Shown here in pieces: positions 14,201 to 26,500 of a stretch of 64,000 bases of DNA. Under the pieces are notes generated by a model. It was not told where the DNA came from and made no database searches. It worked only from the letters and a program-made list of their open reading frames with translations. The position numbers and the translations under genes are program-made. The stretch lies in contig OX597816.1 of assembly GCA_951406725.2 (NCBI GenBank), forward strand, positions 135,160,001 through 135,224,000. The letters are read 5' to 3'. Numbering within the stretch: the first letter of the stretch is position 1; each line of letters begins with the position of its first letter. Source of the stretch: Octopus vulgaris. Taxonomy: Eukaryota.

Positions 14201-16590
14201 CAGTGCTGCCAAAGGTTTTTTTTCAAAACGTACAGAATTTTTTTTTCAAAACATACAGAATCTGATCAAAGCATACAGAATTTTACTGAAGCCCCCAAAT
14301 ACAGTCAAAACGAACTTTTTATACATTTTTTTTTTGGGGGGGGGGAACATTTATTGAAATGTTGAATGTTTGGACATCAAAAAGATAAGTCATCTTCGTG
14401 AGGAGATTCTGTGTTGTATCAATCGTTTTTCAAATAATGTCTTACAAAGTTGTTCATCCGGTTCCCACGTCGTACAATCGGTATTTCGTATCAAAGTTTT
14501 CGACCTCGTAAGAGCATTAAGCGTAGAAGTTTTCAAGCAATTTCGATTTTTTGTTTTGATATTGTGGAAAACAGACAAAATTCTTTCTGACGATGCAGAG
14601 GAGTGCGGTAAAGAAAGAAGACAGAGCATAAAGGATGACAACAGTGGATAGCGGTATTCATCACCACATTTCTCTTGTGAAACAGCAAACCAAAATTTTT
14701 CTGGCTCGTTATACGGGATGAAAGAACAACATTGAACCGTCAAGTGGCGCCATTCCTGAATAATTTCTTCGAAATCTTTTTCATCACAAAGACTTGGTAT
14801 AATTGACCTTGGCCTTCTTTCAACTACGTTGGTTGGGTCCAACGCCTCTAGTAATCCCAAATTGTTCTGCATATCGCGAGACGAAAACCACATGAGCATT
14901 TGATTTGAAAGACTAACAAAGAATCGTAGTATATTCTGTTGGAAAGTCAACAATGCATCAGGGGCAATGGTGGTAGCATTTTCGTATAAAATTCTCTCAG
15001 CTGCAGCGTCAAAGTAGATACAATCTAATGGTTGGTGTGTCGTCGCATCGTTGACATTAATTTCATACGCATTGATGACAGAAAGTAAGTCAGGTCTGAT
15101 GAAATTGCTCAAAATTCCCTTCATTCCAGCTTTGGTGGCTCTTTTAAGCTTATGCATCCGATAACCTTCGGTCTGGAATTCCAGATTATGTTTGTTAACA
15201 TTGTTTAAAATGAAAGAGAGAAGTGCTAAATACATCTTTGTAAGAGGATTCTTCATTTCAGTGAGAATTCGTCGAGCCATAATCGGTCACCCACCTTCTA
15301 ATGTTGCTTGTGTGAAATATGCCAGCAGTGTTGGCCACTGCTCTAAAATGCACTGCACAACTTGCTTGTGAGACATCCATCTAGTGCAACTTTCATGCAG
15401 GATTTTGTGAGGATCAATTGAAACTATTTTCTGCAGATCTTTGAATTCATTGATACGCTTAGGACTGTGACTAAAGTATTCATAAATACTTCTTGTCAAT
15501 TCTTGGACAGAATTCGGTAATTCATTGCACGCGTTTGATGAACATACGTGTAAAGAATGACAAACAGAGGCTTGCACAAAAAGATCTGGCCTGTTCTGCT
15601 TCAACAAGTGCTGAACGCCTCCTTTGCTTCCCATCGTAACAGTTGTATTATCACAGGCGAAACCTATCAAATTTTCCAGAGGAATAGCGTGTCCGTTTAA
15701 AAATGATAAAAGACAGTTGTATATACCCGTAGCACTGCAATCCTGTATTTCTATAAGTGTAAGAAAATCATCGACTGTCTTTTGAATTTCAACGTCATTA
15801 TATCTGGAAACCAGGACAAGTTGTTTTAGTGTTGAAACATCAGTTGTTTCATCAATAAAGAGTGAGAATTTTGATGAATGAAGCGTTGAAGCCGTAGGGG
15901 CCAATGGCTTTACGAAAGATGGATGTGCCTTTCGTTCAGGCACACTTTGCTTCCTGGGCGATTTTAGAATCAGGACAGGCATTTGCAACAAGGCCAGGTA
16001 AGTGGTCCAAAATAGAAATTGGGAGATTATGCTCAGCAACAAATGCACAGTATTTTAATTCAGCAGCTGCTACTTTCTTGGAATGTGAAAAAAACGATGA
16101 GGCCTTGAAATAATTGGTAATTTTTTTTGCTTTATTTGCTTCATTTGCATTCTTGCGGCATTTTTCTGCCTGCTCATGTAAAATTTGGCTCAAACTACCG
16201 GCAATTTCATACTTGCATAATATGCACTTGCCTTTAGCTGTATCGTTCTTGCCTTGCTCCAACCAACTAGAAAATTTTTCATAGCACAACAATTTTTGCG
16301 CAAGTTTCCTTTCATAAGATGCCCATCTAGCCTTCCTCTTATCTGGTGCTTCACGGTCATTATCTGAGGAATGTTCTGTTTTCAAAGTTCTATCACTCAT
16401 ATCTTGCTCCAGTTATAGTTCTGTAAGATTTATTTGAATTAATCAAATTATTAAACACATTACATACCGTTTAAAATCCGGGTTAAGACATCCATGTTTG
16501 TGTTCAGAGTGATACGGCGGGATTGTATAAATAAGTACAGCAAAATTGAGTCTAATTTATCAAACTTTTAAAAAAACAATCACGTACCTT
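14201..16590 (-). mobile_element. hAT DNA transposon with a lightly disrupted transposase; one terminus retained
   Basis: Terminus CAGTGCTGCC at 14201, with subterminal aaa(a/g)c(g/a)tacagaa repeats; transposase in ORFs 15936..16400, 15287..16048 and 14390..15280. Confidence 0.9.
14390..16400 (-). pseudogene. hAT transposase pseudogene (BED-like Zn finger, DDE core, hATC dimerisation domain)
   Basis: KCILC..H, FSLFIDETTD, ACDNT, CHSLH, TRW and LLSLPHSSASSERILS motifs; in-frame TGA at 15936 and 15287, and a frameshift near 15880. Confidence 0.9.
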
Positions 16591-16599
16591 CAGTTAAAA

Positions 16600-16750
16600 G
16601 TAAAGTGCTGTAATTGGCATTTGTCGGCCTGAAAAAAGCCTTCATCAGGATCCATCACACTTTGATTAAGTGGTCGCTGCAGAAGCTAGTGGACGAATGG
16701 CTGGTGAGGGCCATTCAAACCATACTCAAGATGTTGTCAGTAAGATGAAA
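16600..16750 (+). mobile_element. Small RTE RT fragment
   Basis: LAFVGLKKAFIRIHHTLIKWSLQKL..EWLVRAIQ aligns to [36 protein letters not shown] of the RTE at 32 kb. Confidence 0.7.
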
Positions 16751-16803
16751 GACAGTGTAACGTACGCTTAGTGAAATCCTCTCTCTCTCTCTCTCTCCCT
16801 CTC

Positions 16804-18002
16804 TGTTATATATAACATAAATACGAACGTAGCAGATAACAGCTAGCCTCCGACCGCTTGGACCCTGTAGTGTCCACTACTCTGATTGGTTGGTATTGGC
16901 GCAATTTGTCTCTTGCTCTATTGCGCACCAATATGCAATCCAACCAATTGCAACCTTCTGATAAGGTCCCGTGACAGTCTTCTAAATCTCCGTTGGAGCC
17001 TCCTGGTCCCTATAAAAAGCTAGTTATAAAACCGTATTTCGTCTTTGGTTCTAGACCTTCTAAGGTCTAACCACTAACCACAGAGCACACAGCCAGTTCC
17101 AGCGACAGACAACACCAGCAGCATCAGGACCTCCATCTCCGTCTTCTTAACGACGCTAACCACATCACTACGTGCACAGCAGCAGCAACATTCGCTCAGG
17201 TACATCTCCACACTATTTGTGAATTACTTCACCATGGTTAACAGCAAGTACAACCTGCGAGATCTTCCTGTATCAAGTAACCGGCAGTGGCATAGTAGCC
17301 ACAACTTCTTACACGACACGTGCTTCAACCGGTTCTGCTTGTGGTGTGTGCGAGAGATTCGAAATAAAGGCACCTACCTTCTCTTCGCTCTGATGGAGAC
17401 CTTTCAGCGGTAACGGATCCTTCGACACAGCCCGACCCGAACGCTAGAGATAGCAGCTGCTTCACCCAACCTTAACAACGTGATCACCCGTCTTAACCCC
17501 TCGACGACCTGACTTGAAAAGGCAGAAATCTCCGCTCGCTGCGAGCGCGTCACGGCTGCCCCTTCCGGTCAGCTCCCCAGCTGCTGACGTCATCCCACAC
17601 TGCTTCTACGCCACAACTTCTTGTTACAACTCTTCAACTATTGTGTACCTTACTACGAACTGGTATTTATCTTCATTGTGCGAGAACATTCTTCTAACGT
17701 CCTGTTATAGACTCTTTCTATGCTCTGTATTTTATCTCACACGCATACACTCTTGTTTGTACACACATACACATTATGAATGTATGACGTCCTGTCTATT
17801 GTTATTATTATATATGTGCTTATGACAAACACACACACATGTTAACACATAAATAAAATCTTCTCTTAAACCTTCTGTCAGTTGTGTCTTCCTTTTCCTG
17901 CTGGCACTCGTACTCAATTATCCATTTTTGTAAGCGACCGTGCAGTGTATTAAAGGAGTCATTCATTCGTCACCTCTCCTTTCGCACGGTCATTCTACAA
18001 CA
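16804..18002 (+). mobile_element. Probable solo LTR (~1.2 kb)
   Basis: TGTTAT...ACAACA termini, CCAAT boxes 16885-16948, TATAAAAA 17011, AATAAA 17852; GC/CpG-rich and non-coding; no PBS, PPT or TSD seen. Confidence 0.7.
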
Positions 18003-18131
18003 GCAACGAATTTAGTGTGCAAGTAGGAGTTCACTGGACAAAGCTTACCTCAGCAGGATTTAAACTCAGAACTTAAAAATGTCGTGACAAGTGCTGCAAG
18101 ACATTTTTCTGATGCTGTAACTATTCTGCTG

Positions 18132-18133
<2 letters not shown>

Positions 18134-18191
<58 letters not shown>
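18134..18191. repeat. (CTA)n(TAA)n microsatellite
   Basis: Direct reading. Confidence 0.9.
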
Positions 18192-18192
<1 letters not shown>

Positions 18193-18599
18193 CCTTTCTT
18201 TTATTTTGATTCGAGGACCCACAGTTATACGTGTTACTAAAATAGGTAAAAAAAAAATATGGAGAAAATACAATACCTAGTTATTTAAGTTATTTAAAGA
18301 CGTGAGGTGAGGCAAGGGTGCCATGAAAAAGTGGAATCAGATAAATGACAAAATATAATGAACGAAGTCCATATATTAAAAATAAACTAGGCATAGCTAA
18401 TCATGGACTGTTAAATTATTGTTAGCAGCCTACAATTGAATATTTGAAGTTCATTGGCTATCTGAAGGACTAGGAACTCTATATATATTTAAGGGAAGGT
18501 AAGCTTCTCTTCATATGGCTTACTTTCTGCTTGGGATATTTTCTCCCTTTGATTGGCAGGGAGGATCTTTTTTTTTTTTTTCCCCATTTCTCATGTCAC

Positions 18600-18862
18600 C
18601 AACAGTTTGCTATCTCTGTCCATTTTCCACTAATTGTTACAAAACAATAGGGTAGTACCCACTGGTCATTGCTGAGGAGTAAGGAGAAACCAAAGTCATC
18701 AGCCCTTAGCACTGAGACTGAGGCAATTTTTTTCACTATGCTCTGAAAACAATAGCTTCTGGAACCTGCTGTTGTTGCTGTATCCACTTTCTGTCTTTGC
18801 CTTTTCAGTTCATATGAGCAAAAAGCTCTCGTATGTCTCTTACTGTCACATGTGTAGCACTT
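18600..18862 (-). mobile_element. gag/ORF1-like retroelement fragment with a CCHC zinc knuckle
   Basis: CYTCDSKRHTRAFC (CX2CX4HX4C) at 18818-18859. Confidence 0.55.
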
Positions 18863-19458
18863 GGGATTTTGCAGGTGAGGCCACACCATAGCTACATAAT
18901 GCCTCAGATAGATAGCTGGAGAGCGGCTCACAAAGGACTTGGTAAGTGATGCCAAGACATCCTCAGCCTTCTTGACAATTTTAGCAAGAGAATACACTCC
19001 ATCAGGCATTTGCCATATTCTGAACACCTTACTTCCCTGGGCATGGATACATTGAAACTCTGACGTCTGGCAGCTGACTTGGCAGACACCCATAAAATTA
19101 TTAACCATCTTACTAACAATAACTCTGAGCACCTTTTCAAACTTCACCTCTCTAACACCTATGTACATGTTTACAAAGTCAGAAAACAGCACAGCTCCCA
19201 TGACTTTCAGAAACATTTTTTCATGCTAAGAGTTGCTGAAGCATGGAACAAGCTGCATCCTTCAAAACTTCCATGCTTCCTGAGATCTGCCAACACTACA
19301 CCTGATTTTCTCCCCTCCATACACACGCAAGCATGTATCTGTACACTGTTCACTTCCCAGACATTTGTACATTACTGCATATGCTTTATACGCACTTTTG
19401 ACAAGTTGTGGTGCACCTGAGCACTGTATACAATAATTTCATTATTATATTATTATTA
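18863..19458 (+). mobile_element. CR1-type LINE 3' end with an inverted 5' segment
   Basis: Plus strand RIHSIRHLPYSEHL...HKIIN...HFFMLRVAEAWNKL with an (att)n tail; 18863-18988 encodes the upstream RT C-terminal piece on the minus strand. Confidence 0.8.
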
Positions 19459-20907
19459 GTATTATATAACAGCCTTTCTAGCAGAGAAATCCATACTGAA
19501 AAATGTAAATACCAGAAAAGCGTTTCAGAAAAATACAATAATGTCAAAGACAGACCTTTTGTTTACTCTTAGTCATTAAAATAGATGTTCTTGAAATACC
19601 CTATTTGCAAAATATTTCAAAATGAAAAATTTTTCATTTAGTAAAACTTGGTAACAATCCAGTTTTTTTGCAGCTGTATTTTGACATAGTACAATAATAA
19701 TAGTAAAATAAATAATGAAGGAAACCTTTTAACAATGCGAAAGGGCAAGCTGACTACTCAACTTGCCCTTTCATATTATCAGAACCTCTGCTTCATTTAC
19801 TATATTTACTTCTGCATCAAGCAAATAAAATGCTCTTAAAATAGTAATTAGTCTTTGTCAAGAGTGATTTTGAAAATCAATGCCATTTAATTGAACAGTC
19901 TTTCACTGACATCTCAAGATATGCCATATCGTTATACAAAGAAACATTTATTATACCTTATGTAGCACTAACCAAGTGTTTTGTTCATGTCTTCGTATGA
20001 GCCTATACCATTATGGAAATAGTCTAACACTAATTTTTTTCAACTAATTCTATCATACATGCAAGCATATGCAATATATAATAAATGTACTCATGATAAC
20101 TATTTTAGAAGTAAAGTTAAATTCAGAAGGATCATATAACCATTTGACAAATTTGATGTTCAGTTTATAGGTAAGTTTCATTCTATTTTCATTACAACTG
20201 GCTACATTGAGTGCAACATTAGATATATGGCATGGAATCTTTCTTTTTATTTCTAAGATAGACAAGCAGAAAAGACAGAATACTGGACTTAAACATTTTT
20301 CAGTTATGTTCCTGGCTCAAAATTGCTTCCTCTTTAGAATTGGTAGTAAAAGGACATAATGTGTACAACGATTGATTCAATTAATTATAATCCTCCACAG
20401 ATCTGTGGTCTTAAGCCAATGTAATAAACTATTAATTCATTCATTAAATTATAATTACCATAATTATATTAGCTATTCAATTAATCGCTCTCTCTGTTTC
20501 TTACACGCGCACACAAAAGGTATTAGATTTTGCTTTCTGGAGAATTTCTGCATGAATAAGTCATAAAATGGTAATTAACTTAATTTTCATTGCTAATTAT
20601 GTATGTGACCATAAGTGTGACTAAGTCAATAGGATGTCAGTCTACCAAGTGAAAGGCTGAAATGTCAATATCCACTCATTGCCACTGAAACAATTCTCAG
20701 GAACCCATTCACCAAGGAGTATATAGGTGTCATACATAGGTACATTTTACTGCTATAAGGACTAAGAACAGTGTATATTATCAATCTGAAATTTTCCTAC
20801 AGATGTGCACCAAGACATTATGGAATAGTTTAAACCTGTTAAATCATCTTAACAAAAATACAACTATTATGAAGACATTTCAGACTAACTTGCAATTTTA
20901 AAGATGA

Positions 20908-21216
20908 CTAGCACTATGACCTGGCAACGCGAGTACTGTCCAAATCTCTGACCAATTACATACAGCTAGCTGGCATTCAATTGGCGTATCAAGTTTCGGG
21001 CATTTTGATTGGGTTTTGGATAGAAAATTCACAAAAAAGTCACTTCTATTGATTTTTTAATGGCTTTGTTGGGTGACTGGGGAAATGTAAAGACGTGCAT
21101 GACCACCCTTGGACGGTTTTGAATGACCATAGAAAGTGCGAGCCCTCTAACTGAAAAATTGTGGATTGGTATAAAGGACACACACGCAGACATTTTGCCG
21201 TTTATATATATAGAGA
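20908..21216 (-). mobile_element. Short non-autonomous Helitron
   Basis: Minus strand A|TCTCTATATATATAAA...GC-rich subterminal segment...GCTAG|T. Confidence 0.65.
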
Positions 21217-23559
21217 TACTGAGTTTTTAAATTTTATTTTACTTAATCTTATATAAGATTACACTACTCCCCAGTACTTTTCTCTCTTACAGTGTGAAAA
21301 TATATAGATAAGTAAATAAGGTGTTTCACTTTATCTTGACTTTTCTTTGAATTTTTCATTGAAACCTACATTACTAAGGTCAGTTATAACAAGCCTAATC
21401 AAACTTTGCTTTGATCTACAACTGCCAACTTATCTCCTCTCCTATATGCACAAACCATTGTTTCTAATATTAAGTTAATATATTTAATGGAGTGAAACAT
21501 CAAAACTTTTTACTCCTTATGCAGTGAAGAAAAGACAACATTTACTCAGCTGATGTGCAAATACCAAAGACAACATTTGCTAAGTAGATGTGCAAATATC
21601 AAATGAGATTCTGTACACAAGTACCCATGAAAAACTGACTAAGCTTAAAAATATATTTTAACCCCAAATTTCACAATTGGTACTTTAACTTATAAAATGT
21701 TACCTATAATCTCAAACAGTTTTATGAATTTTCACCTAATAAATGTGTCAAAATTCTTGTGCATAGATAGATAGATCTGTTATATTTTCCATCATAGAGT
21801 GCTCTCTTTCACTTTGCAGGCTACAACGCAACCTCAACAGTGCTGGTGCCACAAAGAGCACCCAGTATACTTTAAGTGTTTGATAATGAAACTGAACAGT
21901 GACTACACAGGGTTTGAGTGAGCTCTTTAGTCTTGCTGATGGTAAGGCAACCTCTATAGTGTTTCACCTACTGAATCCTGTTGAACCATCCTACCCATGC
22001 CAACTTGGAAAGCAGATGCAAAATGAGGATGATAATGATGGTATCCAATGTGATAAAAACTACAGATGATGCTGACTGAAACTATATTTGAAAAATAAAA
22101 CTTTAATGAGATAAATGTATTAGCCCTTTAGTAAACAGTTAAAAATTCACAGCTAAGATTTTAATGTAAATGATACTACCACATTATCAAAACCAATTTG
22201 AGATTGTAAAATGAACAACAGACTTGTTGACAGAACTTAAACTATGCATTTATGGCTTGTGGAAACAACACATTATCACTTACATAGTAGAGCGACTGCC
22301 ATTCCCTCTCCAAAATGTACTATGTTGGGTTTTTTCCTTACTATATCAACTCCATAATTATCTCATTTGTTCCATGGATAATTTGTTAGCTACTTAGTGC
22401 TAGCAGGGCAGATTATTTTATTAATGTCCAGTACACAGTAAGGTGTCTTATTTTGGTTTGGTGCTCGGAATGAAAATAATCCCATGAGTTCATGGGATTA
22501 TTCTTAATGCAGACATCAGACTAAGATAGTGCTAAAGTAGCTAGTATGAGAAGCAAGTAAGCTACTTGTGGAGATAAAATACTACAGTTAAAATAATGAA
22601 AAAATCATTTACAGAACCTATATTGATATAGGACAGCAAGTATGTTGTAGTATAATTAGGAACACAGTCGCCTAGTAATTATAATAAAGCATAAATTAAA
22701 TCTCTTCAGTCAGCCAGCTGCTTGTTTTTCTGATTCAAGTTGATATTTAGAATATTTAATAATATCTACCAAAAAGTTAGACTATGTTCAAGAACAAACA
22801 CTTCCACTTGGAGAATTTTGGTGATTGGCATCTTTAATAGATTTAAAAAACTGAAAATTGTCTCCAAAAACTGCTATGACATGAAGACCTACAAACATGT
22901 TGAATCATCTACAATTTGTATTTGGTTTGATATAAAGAGACCGAATGATTAATATAAAGTATTAATAAAAATAATGGCATGAGTTTTATTTTATAATTTT
23001 TTTCAACAATAAATAAAAAACAAAATATACACAGATTCAAAAGATATGGGAAAGCGACAAAGAGGGTTCGTATGGAGTGAAAGAAAAATAACAGAGAAGA
23101 AAAAAAATATGATGTCCATGAAAATGAGCAAGTCAGTCGAGCCATTTTTCTCTTTGAAACTAAAAAACGTCTCTCAATTTGGAGTTTTGTAGGAAAATGA
23201 TGAAAGACTGTACAGAAATTTTATAATTCTTACTTTTTATAAACTGCTAAGGCAAGAAATTTTTGAAAAATAAAGTAATTTCTGATTTTGAAAAAAAATT
23301 CTGAAAAAAATGTAAATTTATTTCTTTTGCAACTTAATAAGTCTGTTTATTTTTGAAACAGTCTTTAAAACCTTAAAACAAAACTTGTTCATATTTATAT
23401 ATATATATAAGAGTGTTCATGAAATAATGTAAGTGGATTAGGAGGCTTCCATATTGGGCGGATGTCAGCATTTGGTATACGCTTAATTCAATTTACAGAT
23501 AACGTATAGATCACCATTATTTCTCTCATCAAAAAGCAAAAAAAAAAATATAACGATGA

Positions 23560-23581
23560 CTAATTCCTCAAAGCTTGTAAT
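23560..23581 (-). CDS. CHMP1A: CHMP1A exon 8 (coding part, RLQALRN*)
   Basis: ttttgcag|A TTA CAA GCT TTG AGG AAT TAG completes the MIM1 motif. Confidence 0.92.
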
Positions 23582-26500
23582 CTGCAAAATAAAATGCAAA
23601 GAGAAATATAAATAATAATTACAATACAGAAAAACATTATTACATGTAATAAAAACATATTATATCACAGAGGCAGCCTCACTCAACCATTTTATAGAGA
23701 CAGTTATATCTTGTTTGCCTGATCCCTCCATTAAAGATGAACAAAGATACCAATATGTGACAAAAAAAGGAACAAATGGGCAGAGGGGAGAGGGTACTCC
23801 TTAATTTTGTCAAAGACAACCTTAGTAGTGCCAATGACAAGATAAAATGCTCTTTGTGTATGTTGTGAAGTGGTTGGTTATAGGAAGGGCATCCAACTGA
23901 AAAAATGTATAAAAAGAAACAAAAGGAAATGTGGATTCCAGAAGCCCCTGCACAGGAAACCCAACTAGAAAGAATTTTTAAATAAAATTGATACATGGTA
24001 GAAAGGGCACTTTTATTGTGCGACATACTTTCTAGTGCTCAATGGCACAATAAAATGTATCCAATGTCAATGCTGTAAATTGATTGATGATTGGAAATGC
24101 ATTCAGCAATAAAAAAAATATCCCTTACAAATGAAAATGGCTGGTTTTCTATTGCTATACATACCAGATGAAAAAAAAATGTGACAAGTGATAAGACACT
24201 GTGAAATCCATCCAACACATGACAGCATGGAAAAACAGATATAAAATCATAATACTACACAACTATGTTACATTGTATCATGTCCTATTATGCTACTTCA
24301 GCATCAATAATCAGCACCAGCATTAACAATCTTAGGAATTATTCCTTATTCTAAATTCTCTTAGACTAGTTTTCTGTGATGAAATCCCTATTGTTATTTC
24401 CAGTCCAAGTACCTAATAGTAAATCCTGCTTTTAGACTGTAAAATACACACCTTGATGCTATGCATCAGCTTAAAATTTCAATAGTTAATGCCTTTCTCT
24501 CACCTATCTTACTAAATTCCACTACATGTTGAAACTAATGCTTCTGGAACTATAATTTGGAGTGAACTGTCAACCTATTGCTAGAGTATCCCATCATCAT
24601 TATCATTTAACATGCATTTTCTATGCTGGTATGGCTTGACAGGAGCTGACCAGCTAAAGAACTACCCAGGCTCCAATTGTTTGTTTGTCTGGTATGGTTT
24701 CTACAGCTGGACTTCCTTCCTAATACCAACCACTTTACAGAGTGTACTGGGTGCACTTTATGTGGCACAAGCATGGGTACTTTTACAAAGCACCAGTTGA
24801 TATTTAGAATATTTAATAATATCTACCAAAAAGTTATGAATATATCTACCAAGTCTGCAAGATTAGGATTGCTCAGCTGAAGAGGGATGCAGGGGACATG
24901 CATGCATCCCTCTTCAGCTGAGCAATCCTAATCTTGCGTGCTCGTAGCTGTTGGTGCCAGGTAAAAATATATGCATGAATTATATATGTATATAAATCCT
25001 TAAAACCTTAAAAATGTTTTAGCCTGAAGGCCGCGGCCATGCTAAAAAAAGTATAACAACAACTACTCAATTGATATAATCATTACCATATTTACATGTC
25101 AGATAGCAGTTTTCAGCTAAATTCAGTGATGAAATATTTTAATATGCTTTTTCTACTTTTAAAAACTTCTTATTCCGCAATGCAAAAATTAGCAAATAAC
25201 TTATAAAATTACTTACCTTCGAGTAAGGTCATCTTCTTTAACAGAATCTGCAGTAACTGTTGATCTAATGGAGCCTGAAGCAGGGTTCAGATCTTTGAGC
25301 TGGTCTATCATCTCCAGGCCATTCTCTTCAGCAACTTGTTGTATCAGGGCTTCAACCTGATCTTGAGGTGTTGTTAAAGTGGTGGCAGAACTCATTGACG
25401 ACTCCAATGTCTAAAAAAAAAAAGATTAAAAACTCCAGAGGAAAAGGAAAACAAAATACTGTGGGAGAAAAGTAAATTGGCACAATGAGATTACAATAGT
25501 GGACTACTGATTCCATGGGTATCAAGTTCAAACTTTACTGCTTTGGTCATTGTGTTATTTTCCTGAGCTAGACACAGTTCTATTTGTTTCAGCTTGTCTG
25601 ACCACTAAAGTTGAGTAGTTCAGTAGTAGAAAGGGAATCCTGCTGTAAAAAACAATTGCTCCAACAAAAACAATTCCAACCATGCAAGAATAGAAAGAAA
25701 TGGATGTAAAATATTGTCCATAAATACCTATAAAATAAGTGTTTTATTCATTGGTATTTGGGTCAAAACTATCCAAATCCTTTCAGGTGTTGCCTCACAG
25801 ATAAAGAAAACAGTTTTATATTTAATCACTAGGACCCACCAACACCTTATACAGACTTCTAACTTCCAATGATTCAGCCCTCATAGCTATAAATAAGGAC
25901 CATGATGAGATACAGCTCACTGTTCTAACAAATTAATGAGTGATTTGTAGTAACGTATATCTCATATGGAAAAGGCTTTTAATTGATAATCATTCCAAAG
26001 AATGAGGTTGTTATTCAAAAACTTAGTGCCTTGAAAACTGAGCTAAGTTTTAGTACATTGTAATATTATTAGAAATGTCTGTCCATATTTTGAAAATAAA
26101 CAATAATAAAACATAGAAATAGTATGATACTCACAGAAGTTTTAACATCAAGGTCTTCAAATTGCTTCTCAAACTTTTGCATTATTTGTTCAATCTAGGA
26201 GAAAGATGACATAACTATTAGATAAACTGAACCAAAAACAAAAACAATCAGCATAAAGATAGACAATGAATACTGAATAAAAAAATTTTCTCATAACAAA
26301 ATTGTTACTGGATGGGATTGATACATTCAATAAAAATAAGTTTTGCCACTAGATTAGCAAACTTTCAGAATCCAGCATAGAAATTTGTGAAGGTTATGAA
26401 TAAAGTGCTTATTTATTCAAACTGATTCTTTTACATAAATCTTACAAACTTCCAAAAGTCTCTCTTCACTCCCTAGAATACAAATTACCCTAAATTCATC

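Noticed and set aside
18596-19216. 206-aa ORF as a real gene
   Set aside because: A chimera of antisense LINE sequence, an inverted RT piece and a zinc-knuckle fragment.
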